From assembly GCA_027487075.1 (NCBI GenBank), contig JAIYEG010000010.1, forward strand, positions 111,270-175,269: a DNA stretch of 64,000 bases. The letters run 5' to 3'. Source of the DNA: a bacterium (GTDB lineage: Bacteria > Patescibacteriota > Minisyncoccia > Phycocordibacterales > CALRBL01). The translations under genes and the position numbers were made by a program. Numbering within the stretch: the stretch's first letter is position 1; every line of letters starts with the position of its first letter. The notes below the pieces were generated by a model, which did no database searches, was not told the origin of the DNA, and saw only the letters and a list, made by a program, of their open reading frames with translations. This document shows positions 19,148-27,928 of this stretch, one piece after another.

Positions 19148-19606
19148 TTACTGGTGATCAATATCTTTATTTCGCCTTGCATGGCGACCCTCTTCGCTGA
19201 ACGAGAATGCGAGCCACAGATCTACTGCTTGCTTTGCTTGGTCTTCAGTGAGGAAGCGGGCACCAAGAGAAAGAACGTTAGCGTCGTTGTGTTCTCGAGA
19301 AAGCTGAAGAATCTTTACATCACCTCCGTAATACACCGTCGCGCGAATACCCGCATGACGATTTGCCACCATCGCTTCACCTTGTCCTGAACCTCCAAGA
19401 ATAATCGCTTTTGACTCATGTAACCCTTGCTTCATATCAGCAGTAAGGCGTTCAATCGCTTTTGGAATAAGCTTCGTATAGTCATCGCGCTCGTCAAATA
19501 CTTCTGGACCACAATCAACCGCATTGATTCCCTGTGCGGTGAGATGTGCGACAAGTGTATTCTTGAGTTCGAACCCGGCGTGATCTGATGCAAGATAAAT
19601 ATTCAT
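19148..19606 (-). CDS. rpiB: Ribose-5-phosphate isomerase B
   Basis: 152 aa, MNIYLASDHAGFELK...ILGGSGQGEAMVANRHAGIRA, the RpiB/LacAB signature. Confidence 0.9.
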   Translation of the reverse strand: MNIYLASDHAGFELKNTLVAHLTAQGINAVDCGPEVFDERDDYTKLIPKAIERLTADMKQGLHESKAIILGGSGQGEAMVANRHAGIRATVYYGGDVKILQLSREHNDANVLSLGARFLTEDQAKQAVDLWLAFSFSEEGRHARRNKDIDHQ

Positions 19607-19607
19607 A

Positions 19608-19916
19608 TTATGATGTTTTTTCTCCTTTCATGATAATGCGTTTTTCAAAACCTCCTCGTTCTGCTCGCTTTTTAAGTCGAATCGCTTCTACGTCACCGTA
19701 CTCAGGAAGCTCAAGTAGTGCTTTCACTACCTCAATGACATCAGCCAATTCTTCAGGACTTCCCGCTTCCTGAAATTCAGCAATTTCCTCACCAAGCTTT
19801 TCGATAAGTCGTGCTTTGAATTCTTCTTGATCTGCGGTGTGCTTCTCGTAGGGAACCTTCTTCTCATCAAGAAGTGATGGGATATTGTCTCTGACAAGCT
19901 TATCGTATCTTTCCAT
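19608..19916 (-). CDS. MazG/HisE-like nucleotide pyrophosphohydrolase
   Basis: 102 aa, MERYDKLVRDNIP...EELADVIEVV. This is a four-helix EE..D NTP-pyrophosphatase fold. Confidence 0.6.
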   Translation of the reverse strand: MERYDKLVRDNIPSLLDEKKVPYEKHTADQEEFKARLIEKLGEEIAEFQEAGSPEELADVIEVVKALLELPEYGDVEAIRLKKRAERGGFEKRIIMKGEKTS

Positions 19917-19925
19917 TTGTATAGA

Positions 19926-20951
19926 TTACTTCAAAAAGCTCCCTGTCTTAATCACGTGACGTACGAGTGTTTCAGTGTAGCCACGTTCGTTGTCATACCA
20001 TGCAAGCACTTTCACGAGATTTCCTCCCACTACACGTGTCATCTTGAGATCAGCGATTGATGCATGGGTGTTTCCGACTATGTCACGTGATACAAGCTCT
20101 TCGTCGCTTGCGAGGAAGATATCTTTCCAACGATCAGTTGCTGCAGCTTTTCGAAGAATGTCATTCACTTCTTCTACGGTTGTTTCTTTCTTTGAGATAA
20201 AGGTAATGTCTGCAAGAGAACCAGCAACTACCGGCACACGCACTGAAATACCATCGAATTTACCATTAAGGTCAGTGATGATCTGACCGAGTGCTTTTGC
20301 AGCTCCTGTTGATGATGGTGCCATGTTCATGGCGGCTGCGCGACCTTCGCGGAAATCTTTCTTTGAAGGAGCGTCCACCAGCGCCTGAGATGCGGTGTAT
20401 GCGTGGGTGGTGTTGAGGATCGCCTTTTCGATACCAAGCGCTTCATCGAGAATGGCAACTACAGGGCTTGAAGCGTTGGTGGTACATGATGCGTTTGAGC
20501 TCACTACCTTTTCTTTGAGGGTATCGCAGTTGATTGAAAGAAGCACCATTCCCTCAGTCGCATCAGCAGCAGGACCCTTTGCAGGGGCTGAGATCACCAC
20601 TTTCTTCGCACCAGCTTCGATGTGAGCACGAGCCGCAGTGTAATCGGTGAAGAAACCTGTTGATTCGACAACGACATCCACCTCCATATCTTTCCATGGA
20701 AGCGTCTTTGGATCTTTTTCTGATACGTAACGCACAGTCTGACCGTTGATCACGAGATTTCCGTTCTCAACCTTAATATCAAGAGTTGATACACCATACA
20801 CAGAGTCGTATTTGAGGAGATACGCAATGTTGTCGATAGAAGTGAGGTCATTTAAAGCAACGATTTCTACTTCTGGTCGGTCCCACGCTGCTTTTAAGAA
20901 TGCTCGTCCAATTCGTCCTGCGCCGTTAATGGCAATGCGTATTTTTTTCAT
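19926..20951 (-). CDS. gap: Glyceraldehyde-3-phosphate dehydrogenase
   Basis: 341 aa with INGAGRIGR (Rossmann) and the SNASCTTN active-site Cys. Confidence 0.9.
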   Translation of the reverse strand: MKKIRIAINGAGRIGRAFLKAAWDRPEVEIVALNDLTSIDNIAYLLKYDSVYGVSTLDIKVENGNLVINGQTVRYVSEKDPKTLPWKDMEVDVVVESTGFFTDYTAARAHIEAGAKKVVISAPAKGPAADATEGMVLLSINCDTLKEKVVSSNASCTTNASSPVVAILDEALGIEKAILNTTHAYTASQALVDAPSKKDFREGRAAAMNMAPSSTGAAKALGQIITDLNGKFDGISVRVPVVAGSLADITFISKKETTVEEVNDILRKAAATDRWKDIFLASDEELVSRDIVGNTHASIADLKMTRVVGGNLVKVLAWYDNERGYTETLVRHVIKTGSFLK

Positions 20952-20967
20952 ATGGGACTAGTATATA

Positions 20968-21000
20968 TAAAAAAACCACCTGTCGCCAGGCGGTTTTTTA
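20968..21000. terminator. Bidirectional rho-independent terminator
   Basis: aaaaaaccacctgtcgccaggcggtttttt: a GC stem flanked by an A-run on one side and a T-run on the other. Confidence 0.6.
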
Positions 21001-21052
21001 CTCTTCCCTCATCACTAATTATCTTAAGTAAAGAGGAGGAAGATGTCAATGT

Positions 21053-21120
21053 GGGTATGACAGGAATCGAACCCGTAAACCCTTCTTGATGAGGGAAGAG
21101 TCTTGAGCCATCACATACCC
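21053..21120 (-). ncRNA. Degenerate tRNA-like element (pseudo-tRNA or TLS) with a possible CAU anticodon
   Basis: The minus-strand acceptor GGGTATG/CATACCC and the T-arm ACGGG-TTCGATT-CCTGT are good, and an anticodon-like CTTCC-CTCATCA-AGAAG is present. The D-arm is 4 nt short and irregular. A bidirectional terminator lies immediately 3'. Confidence 0.3.
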
Positions 21121-21252
21121 ACGACTCAAGTTATCAGCTTAAGCCTGCGCATATTCTAAATGACACTATTTAAATTCTCGGCTAAAAGACTATCAATTAT
21201 TTCTAAACAAATAGCCTACAAAACGAGTTTTACCCGCTCCAACACCTCAGAT

Positions 21253-21402
21253 TCATCTAAATTTTGATGGATATTGTTGATTTTCCTTCTTGAGCTGATC
21301 TCCAAAGTAGTGACACAGAACTTTATTCTCGTGATTCAAGACAACTGCACCAACCGATACATGATATGGGTGTTCTTTTGTTCCTTGAAAAATATTTACC
21401 AT
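21253..21402 (-). pseudogene. Truncated NUDIX-like N-terminal fragment of 49 codons; its ATG overlaps the gatB stop (TAATG)
   Basis: MVNIFQGTKEHPYHVSVGAVVLNHENKVLCHYFGDQLKKENQQYPSKFR* stops before any NUDIX box. No continuation appears in other frames. Confidence 0.25.
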
Positions 21403-22847
21403 TAGTTTGAAATCAATTTTATTGCAACTTGCTTGAGCACCTCTGGATTCGCACTTCCCTTCGATGCTTTCATTCCTTGTCCTACGAAAAACATAAGCGC
21501 ACTTTCCTTTCCTGCTTTGTAATCAGCTACCACTTGAGGATTCGCTTCGATAAGTGGCTTAAGAAGTGCTTCGATAGATGCTTCATCGTTTTTCTGAAGC
21601 ATTCCTTCTCGTTCTGCAATTTCCGCAGGATCGCCACCCTTTTCAAACATGATCTTCAAGATATCCTTTCCCGCGCGTGATGAGAGCTTTCCTTCTGCAA
21701 GCATGATCATGAGCTTTGCGAATGCCTCTGCACCATCGTTTCTTCGCGTAAGCCATGCAGGAAAATCAAAGCCTGACGTTTTCACAAAACCAGCAACGTC
21801 GGTGGCGATATAGTTTGCTGCGAGTTGCACCGCTTTCTTATTATCCCCGCACTGTGAAGCGACCTTGTCATAGAAATTTCCATACAGCTCATTTGAAACA
21901 AACATTTCTGCATCCTCAGCTTTAAGACCCATATCCAAGAATCGCTGACGTTTTGCCCATGGTAATTCAGGGAGTTCAGCTGCAAGTGCGTCGCGTGAGA
22001 ATTCAGGAACTTCAGCGAGTTTGATTTTTGGAAGATCTGGATCAGGGAAATAGCGGTAGTCGTGCGAGTTTTCCTTCTTGCGCTGTGAGAAGGTGCTCTG
22101 CTTATTTTCGTCCCATCCGCGTGTTTCCTGTTCGATAGTTCCACCCTTTTCAAGTACTTCAATATGACGCTGTACTTCATAGTCGATTGCGCGCTCCACC
22201 GAACGGAAAGAGTTGAGGTTCTTCACCTCCACTTTTGTTCCGAACTTGTTCTTGTCTTTCGACACTGAGATGTTCGCCTCAACGCGCATCTCGCCTTTCT
22301 CCATGTTCGCTTCGCCGACTTTGAGCGTACGGAGCAAGAGCTGGAGCTCGCGTGCAAAATCCCCTGCCTGCTTGGCAGAATGTATCACCGGCTCAGTCAC
22401 GAGCTCCATGAGTGGAAGTCCAGCACGATTAAAATCTACAAGGCTGTAGTCGCCCGTATCATGCGATGACTTTGCCGTATCTTCTTCGAGGTGGATACGT
22501 GTGATGTCGACGCCATGGAGCGAGCCGCCCGATACGAGCGGATATTTGTATTGGCTGATTTGATATCCTTTCGGAATATCGGGGTAGAAATAGTTTTTAC
22601 GATCAAATTCCGTGAATTCAGTGGCGAGGTGTGAGCCAAGTGCCACACCCACCTTGAGTACGTGCTTCACTGCTTCTTTGTTGATATACGGCAGCGTGCC
22701 AGGGTGGCCCATGCAGATAGGACACACATTTACGTTCGGTCGTTCCTCATCCGGGTCGTTCTTACAACGACAAAACATTTTGGTGTTTGTCTTGAGTTCA
22801 GCATGGATTTCGAGACCAATTGTGGTGAAATATTCAGATTCTGACAT
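21402..22847 (-). CDS. gatB: Asp/Glu-tRNA amidotransferase subunit B
   Basis: 481 aa, MSESEYFTTIGLEIHAEL...CRC...CPIC. This is the GatB N-terminal cradle plus the C-terminal YqeY-like domain. Confidence 0.9.
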   Translation of the reverse strand: MSESEYFTTIGLEIHAELKTNTKMFCRCKNDPDEERPNVNVCPICMGHPGTLPYINKEAVKHVLKVGVALGSHLATEFTEFDRKNYFYPDIPKGYQISQYKYPLVSGGSLHGVDITRIHLEEDTAKSSHDTGDYSLVDFNRAGLPLMELVTEPVIHSAKQAGDFARELQLLLRTLKVGEANMEKGEMRVEANISVSKDKNKFGTKVEVKNLNSFRSVERAIDYEVQRHIEVLEKGGTIEQETRGWDENKQSTFSQRKKENSHDYRYFPDPDLPKIKLAEVPEFSRDALAAELPELPWAKRQRFLDMGLKAEDAEMFVSNELYGNFYDKVASQCGDNKKAVQLAANYIATDVAGFVKTSGFDFPAWLTRRNDGAEAFAKLMIMLAEGKLSSRAGKDILKIMFEKGGDPAEIAEREGMLQKNDEASIEALLKPLIEANPQVVADYKAGKESALMFFVGQGMKASKGSANPEVLKQVAIKLISN

Positions 22848-22886
22848 ATGAGAGCATACTAGCAGAAAAGAGTGATATGAAAAAGA

Positions 22887-23861
22887 TCACTTATTCCTCA
22901 ACAATTTCAAAATCCCCTCACTCAATTCCTTAATCGAAACGTCGTCATATACGGTGACCTTAAAAAATTCTCCGTTATGAACTTGCTTGAGCGAAGCGAT
23001 CCTCTCTTCCATCACCTCCGGAGTCACCATGTCGGTCTTAGTGAAAATAATATATTCATCTTTTTTTGCCACCTCAGCATCAAAGGCTTCAAGCTCGTTT
23101 CTAATAATGTTATAGGTTGCAACAACATCTTCGTTTTCGAGAGAGATGCAGTGGAACAATACTTTCGTACGCTTGATGTGGCGCAAGAATTTGATTCCGA
23201 GCCCCTTTCCATCGGCTGCACCAGCGATGAGTCCTGGAATATCAGCGAGTACGAATTCATACAGCGCACCGAGATTTGGTTCGAGGGTGGTGAACTGATA
23301 ATCACCCACCTTTGCTTCGGCGCGTGTGAGCGCATTGAGAAGACTTGATTTACCGGCGTTTGGAAGTCCGATGAAAGACGCACTCGCCGTAAGTTGAAGC
23401 TCGATAAGAAAATCCGCTTCTTCCCCTTCACGTCCGAGGGTAAATTCTTGTGGAGCAACGTTTGTCGACGCCTTAAAATGTTCGTTACCAAGACCACCGC
23501 GACCTCCTTTCAAAATAAGCACTGGTTCTCCGAGAGTGGTAATATCAAATGCTTTTTCATTATCAAGATTAGTCACAAGCGTTCCAATAGGAACCTCAAT
23601 AATAAGATCATCACCATCTTTTCCATGCATACTGCGAGACTGACCATCATCACCACGCATAGCGGCAAACTCTTTCTTGTGACGATAGTGTGCAAGCTTC
23701 GACAAATCACTCACCCCAACCACATACACATCGCCACCTTTTCCACCATTTCCTCCTGCAGGACCCATGAATTCCTTGCCCTTTTCATGCAACCACCGCA
23801 CCACGCCGTCTCCGCCGTTTCCTGCCCGAATATGTACTTTTAATTCATCAACGAATGCCAT
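22887..23861 (-). CDS. obg: GTPase Obg (short form without C-terminal extension)
   Basis: 324 aa with the Gly-rich Obg fold (GNGGDG...GGNGGKGG) followed by a G-domain (GLPNAGKSSL, DIPG). Confidence 0.9.
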   Translation of the reverse strand: MAFVDELKVHIRAGNGGDGVVRWLHEKGKEFMGPAGGNGGKGGDVYVVGVSDLSKLAHYRHKKEFAAMRGDDGQSRSMHGKDGDDLIIEVPIGTLVTNLDNEKAFDITTLGEPVLILKGGRGGLGNEHFKASTNVAPQEFTLGREGEEADFLIELQLTASASFIGLPNAGKSSLLNALTRAEAKVGDYQFTTLEPNLGALYEFVLADIPGLIAGAADGKGLGIKFLRHIKRTKVLFHCISLENEDVVATYNIIRNELEAFDAEVAKKDEYIIFTKTDMVTPEVMEERIASLKQVHNGEFFKVTVYDDVSIKELSEGILKLLRNK

Positions 23862-24024
23862 AAATTTTACTATAGCATGTTTATCAAAATTTGATGGTAT
23901 ATGGGATAGGATAGCCTAAGAACTATGTTGTACCTTATCAAAACCATCCTCATTCACCTATTTGAAAAAGACAATACTTCCACAAAGAACGCGCGAAGTG
24001 CCTGGATTGAGTGAGTGAGAAAAA

Positions 24025-24912
24025 TCACGCTTCAACTGCAAGGCGCGCAAGCTTGAGCGCGCCTTCTTTTGAATTAGCAACCACAATAAAGCGGCCGTTG
24101 TGGCAGAAGTTTGCATCATGCACACCCGTCACTTCTGCAAGCGCACTTCCTGTTTTCCCTGCCCAGCTTTCGGGAAAGAGCTTGCGACTTTGAAACGACA
24201 CACCATCTTTTCGAATGGCTGACACTGCCCACGTCGTCTGCTTACCATCATTCATGATCACAAAAAGTGGCTCAGAGTATTTCGTGAGTACATCACGCCA
24301 TGAATAGTTATTATCGAGTATCACCATCCGCTTATCCTCGGCTTGCTTATATGCTCTCTCTACTTCTTGCTCACCATCGATAAATGCACGCGCTTTTGCC
24401 ACCTCGCGCTGCAGCACCGCCTGAGCAAGTGTCACCGCCTGCATAAAAGCTTGATCGACACTTTTCTCTTTTTCCTGCCACGTTGGCAAAAATGAAATCA
24501 AAGCTGCTTCAAGAAGATATGGCTTAAAATGTTTATTCGCTTTTTGAAACGTATCAATACCGTTATCCATTGCATCGATAGGAAGCACGAGCTTTTCTTC
24601 GATAGTCGCTGCTGCGCGCGCAGAGCCCGCAATCTGCTCACCAAACTGTTTCCAGATCAGCCCAAACGCAGCATAGGGAATACCATTCTCACGCTTTCCT
24701 GCTCCACCTTCTTGATGATGATCAAACCGATTCTCTTCAGGTAGGTACTTAAACCCCACATCAAGTACGACATCTTCAGGAGCCTTTTCTTCAATGGTTT
24801 TGATGTCGCGGGTACGCTCAATCACCACATCAGTTCCATACAAGATACGAAGCGCCGCACATGCAAGCACTTCATCAGGATGAAAGTTACCACTATGCGT
24901 GATGATCTTCAT
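24025..24912 (-). CDS. MYG1/UPF0160 family metal-dependent hydrolase
   Basis: 295 aa starting MKIITHSGNFHPDEVLA, with HH and D motifs characteristic of the MYG1 family. Confidence 0.7.
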   Translation of the reverse strand: MKIITHSGNFHPDEVLACAALRILYGTDVVIERTRDIKTIEEKAPEDVVLDVGFKYLPEENRFDHHQEGGAGKRENGIPYAAFGLIWKQFGEQIAGSARAAATIEEKLVLPIDAMDNGIDTFQKANKHFKPYLLEAALISFLPTWQEKEKSVDQAFMQAVTLAQAVLQREVAKARAFIDGEQEVERAYKQAEDKRMVILDNNYSWRDVLTKYSEPLFVIMNDGKQTTWAVSAIRKDGVSFQSRKLFPESWAGKTGSALAEVTGVHDANFCHNGRFIVVANSKEGALKLARLAVEA

Positions 24913-25954
24913 GTTCTTCTGTCTTCACAATAAGTCGATAAATACCAAAGAGCGCCATAAAGAGCGAGATGGTGAGTGGTCCGAGAATAAATCCAACAGG
25001 ACCATAGAACGACAAACCTCCAATAATTGAGAACAAAATAATAAGCGGATGAATCTTGAGACCTTTGCCGATAAGACGTGGTGATAAGAAGTTATCGAGA
25101 AGTCCTACCGCAAGAAGCGCCCAGATACCAAGCCCGATTCCCTGGAAGAGTGAACCAATAGCGAATGCATATGCCACCGCCGGCACCAACACAAGCGACG
25201 TTCCAACCCCTGGAACAAGCGCAGAAAGACCCGTGAGCATTCCCCACAACGCAGGATTAGGAATACCAAAGATCGCGTAGCCGATACCTGACACCACCCC
25301 CTGCATCACCGCCACCGTCAAAGAACCCCCAATAATTGATCGGATCGATAGGCGTAATTTATCAATGAGAACAAGTGCATGCTCTCGTGGAATCGGGCTC
25401 TGACTTTCAAATGTGTGAACAAACATTTTTCCATCCTTGATGAAGTAATACAGAGCAATAATGCCGAGAAATAAGTGAACTCCAATACTTATTGTACTTG
25501 AGAAAAACGCTCCCACATTCTTCAAAAGCCACTGTGAACCTGCAGCGACATAATCTCCGAGATCAACATTGACTCCAGGAAACACCGACTCGATAGCACG
25601 ATTAATACGCATCTCAAATGTATCTGCCACCGTACTCAACGAACTTCCTTCTGAAGTGATGTATTGATACGTATTATTTGCTTCATTAAAAATCTGTGCG
25701 GCAATGAGGTAGAGCGGAACAATGATGAGAAAGAAGAGGCACACAAGTGTGATGGCTGATGCAAACGCACTATTCCCTTTCACAGCTTCCACCACTTTCT
25801 TATGTGCAGGGTAAATCACTACCGCAAGCGTAGCAGCAATAATAAGCGTTGATAAAAACGGCAAAAATACCAAAAACGCCAACACTCCAACAACAATCAA
25901 AACTGCCAGGAAAAAATATGTTTCCGGACGAGTATAGGGAGTATATGTTTGCAT
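24893..25954 (-). CDS. AI-2E family transporter (PerM/UPF0118)
   Basis: 353 aa with 7-8 TM helices and AI-2E-like topology and motifs. Confidence 0.7.
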   Translation of the reverse strand: MQTYTPYTRPETYFFLAVLIVVGVLAFLVFLPFLSTLIIAATLAVVIYPAHKKVVEAVKGNSAFASAITLVCLFFLIIVPLYLIAAQIFNEANNTYQYITSEGSSLSTVADTFEMRINRAIESVFPGVNVDLGDYVAAGSQWLLKNVGAFFSSTISIGVHLFLGIIALYYFIKDGKMFVHTFESQSPIPREHALVLIDKLRLSIRSIIGGSLTVAVMQGVVSGIGYAIFGIPNPALWGMLTGLSALVPGVGTSLVLVPAVAYAFAIGSLFQGIGLGIWALLAVGLLDNFLSPRLIGKGLKIHPLIILFSIIGGLSFYGPVGFILGPLTISLFMALFGIYRLIVKTEEHEDHHA

Positions 25955-25966
25955 GTACCAAGTATA

Positions 25967-26752
25967 TTAGAAAAGCACAAAAAAGAAAATCAAACCGGCA
26001 ATAATGCGGTAGATACCGAATACGATGAATGAATGCTTTTGAATATACGTGAGAAGCCACTTAATAACCATGAGCGCCACCACAAACGCTGTTACAAACC
26101 CTATTCCCAAAAGAAGCCATTGCTCACCTGAGAACGTGATACCACTCTTCAAAAGATCGAGTCCACTTGCTGCAAGCATGGTAGGAATCGCCAAAAGAAA
26201 CGAGAACTCTACCACTGCCGCACGAGACAGACCAAGCGACTGTCCTGCAACAATGGTCGTCCCTGATCTCGACACCCCAGGTATCACGGCGAGAGCCTGC
26301 GAAATACCAATATACACTGCGATTTTGAAGGGTACCTCACTCACGGTATTAAATGTGGCAACATATCCTGTTGCAGTTTTTCGTTGACACCATCGCTCGA
26401 ATACAATAAGTATCACACCTCCAATAATCAGTGACCATACCACAATCATGGCATTACCAAGGAGATACTGCTTCACTAATGTATAGAGAAGAAATCCGAT
26501 CACACCCGTAGGAATAAACGCAGCAAGAACCCTCTTCCATGTTGCTACACTGGTCGCAATGGTACGACGATAGTAATACACCACAGCAAGAATCGCTCCC
26601 AGCTGAATAAAAATCTCAAAACTTCTCAAAAATTCTGAATCGACAAGACCTATAAGCTTTGATGTAACAATCAGATGTCCTGTCGAAGAAATCGGCAAAA
26701 ATTCAGTGATACCTTCGACAATTCCAAGAATAATGGCGTGTATGAATGTCAT
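25967..26752 (-). CDS. uppP: Undecaprenyl-diphosphatase
   Basis: 261 aa with GIVEGITEFLPISSTGHL and a C-terminal SRSG motif, typical of the BacA/UppP family. Confidence 0.9.
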   Translation of the reverse strand: MTFIHAIILGIVEGITEFLPISSTGHLIVTSKLIGLVDSEFLRSFEIFIQLGAILAVVYYYRRTIATSVATWKRVLAAFIPTGVIGFLLYTLVKQYLLGNAMIVVWSLIIGGVILIVFERWCQRKTATGYVATFNTVSEVPFKIAVYIGISQALAVIPGVSRSGTTIVAGQSLGLSRAAVVEFSFLLAIPTMLAASGLDLLKSGITFSGEQWLLLGIGFVTAFVVALMVIKWLLTYIQKHSFIVFGIYRIIAGLIFFFVLF

Positions 26753-26763
26753 ATTTTAACAAA

Positions 26764-27291
26764 TTAATGAATCCGTCTTTCCCACTTTATTTCATTTCCC
26801 TCGCGATTCATCTCAATATAAGTTGGTTCTCTATGCTCATCAAGTACAATCAATGTATCAAAGCCTTCTGTAAGTTCAGGAGGATACTTTTTTAATGTCT
26901 TATCCATTCTTTCTATTGAGGTCTCTTTTGTTTGTAATTCACGCTCTGCATTTCTTTCTTTAGCAATTTCAATTGGTGTATCAAAAAAAATTCCTTGAAT
27001 TTTTTCTGCCCCTGCTTCTCGCAAAAACTTTAAGGTCATCTCTCTTCCTTCCTGTTGAGCAAACGTTGCATCGATAACCACGGTATGTCCATGTGCGAGC
27101 GAGTCAGCAGCTCGCTGTCTAAGCGCTTCGAAAACTTCAACGTTCTTTGTTTGATCATAATAATCTCCTATAATTTCTTGTCTGATTTCATCTGAACTTA
27201 GATAGTCATATCCATGTTCAGTAGCAAACTGCTTAAGATACGTAGTTTTACCGGCCCCTGGGATCCCGATACTGAGAATAACTTTAGACAT
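26764..27291 (-). CDS. P-loop kinase (AAA_33 / polynucleotide-kinase-like ATP-binding protein)
   Basis: It starts MSKVILSIGIPGAGKTTYL (Walker A) and has a DATF Walker B-like motif. Its start overlaps the stop of the upstream phosphatase gene by about 8 nt. Confidence 0.6.
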   Translation of the reverse strand: MSKVILSIGIPGAGKTTYLKQFATEHGYDYLSSDEIRQEIIGDYYDQTKNVEVFEALRQRAADSLAHGHTVVIDATFAQQEGREMTLKFLREAGAEKIQGIFFDTPIEIAKERNAERELQTKETSIERMDKTLKKYPPELTEGFDTLIVLDEHREPTYIEMNREGNEIKWERRIH

Positions 27292-27925
27292 ATAGGTGTG
27301 ATTGATCATTCCATGATACTACATTCCATCGAACCTGTTCATCCTCTTTCTTTTGGACCGTACATTTTGATATACCAGTATTTCCCATCTTAAAAACACG
27401 TTTAATACTCTTATATTCCTTATGCGTAAATACGTCTCCGAATATCATTCCGCTTAAAAGATGTGGCAATAATCCTCCATGTGTTACCACAAGCACTCGC
27501 TCATGACCACAATCTTTTAGAAATGAGAGCACTTCAAGCGCACGATGTTTAATATTGCTAAATGATTCTTCATTCTCATATACCCAATCTACATTTAGTT
27601 CTTGCTCCTTTTTTCGTACAACGTTCACTTCTTTCACGCGCTCATCTTCTGATGAAAGTCCGATAAGTGAAGTTGGATTCGTTTTTTCTTTGAGCGAATC
27701 ATAGACTTGCACTGGGATATTATGTGTTTCAGCAATAATTTTTGCTGATTCAAGCGCCCGAGGAAGCGGACTACAAAAGACTGCATCAAGTTGTATGCCA
27801 GCAAGACGTTTTGCTAGTATCTGAACTTGTTTTACACCTTCTTCAGTTAAGACATCATCAGCACCTTGAATAGTTTTTGACTTATTCGCTAAAGTCTCCC
27901 CGTGTCGAATAAAGTATACTTCCAT
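27284..27925 (-). CDS. Histidine phosphatase family protein (PGAM/SixA-like)
   Basis: 213 aa with the RHGE catalytic motif (MEVYFIRHGETLAN...) and a downstream H in THGG. Confidence 0.7.
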   Translation of the reverse strand: MEVYFIRHGETLANKSKTIQGADDVLTEEGVKQVQILAKRLAGIQLDAVFCSPLPRALESAKIIAETHNIPVQVYDSLKEKTNPTSLIGLSSEDERVKEVNVVRKKEQELNVDWVYENEESFSNIKHRALEVLSFLKDCGHERVLVVTHGGLLPHLLSGMIFGDVFTHKEYKSIKRVFKMGNTGISKCTVQKKEDEQVRWNVVSWNDQSHLYV

Positions 27926-27928
27926 ACA

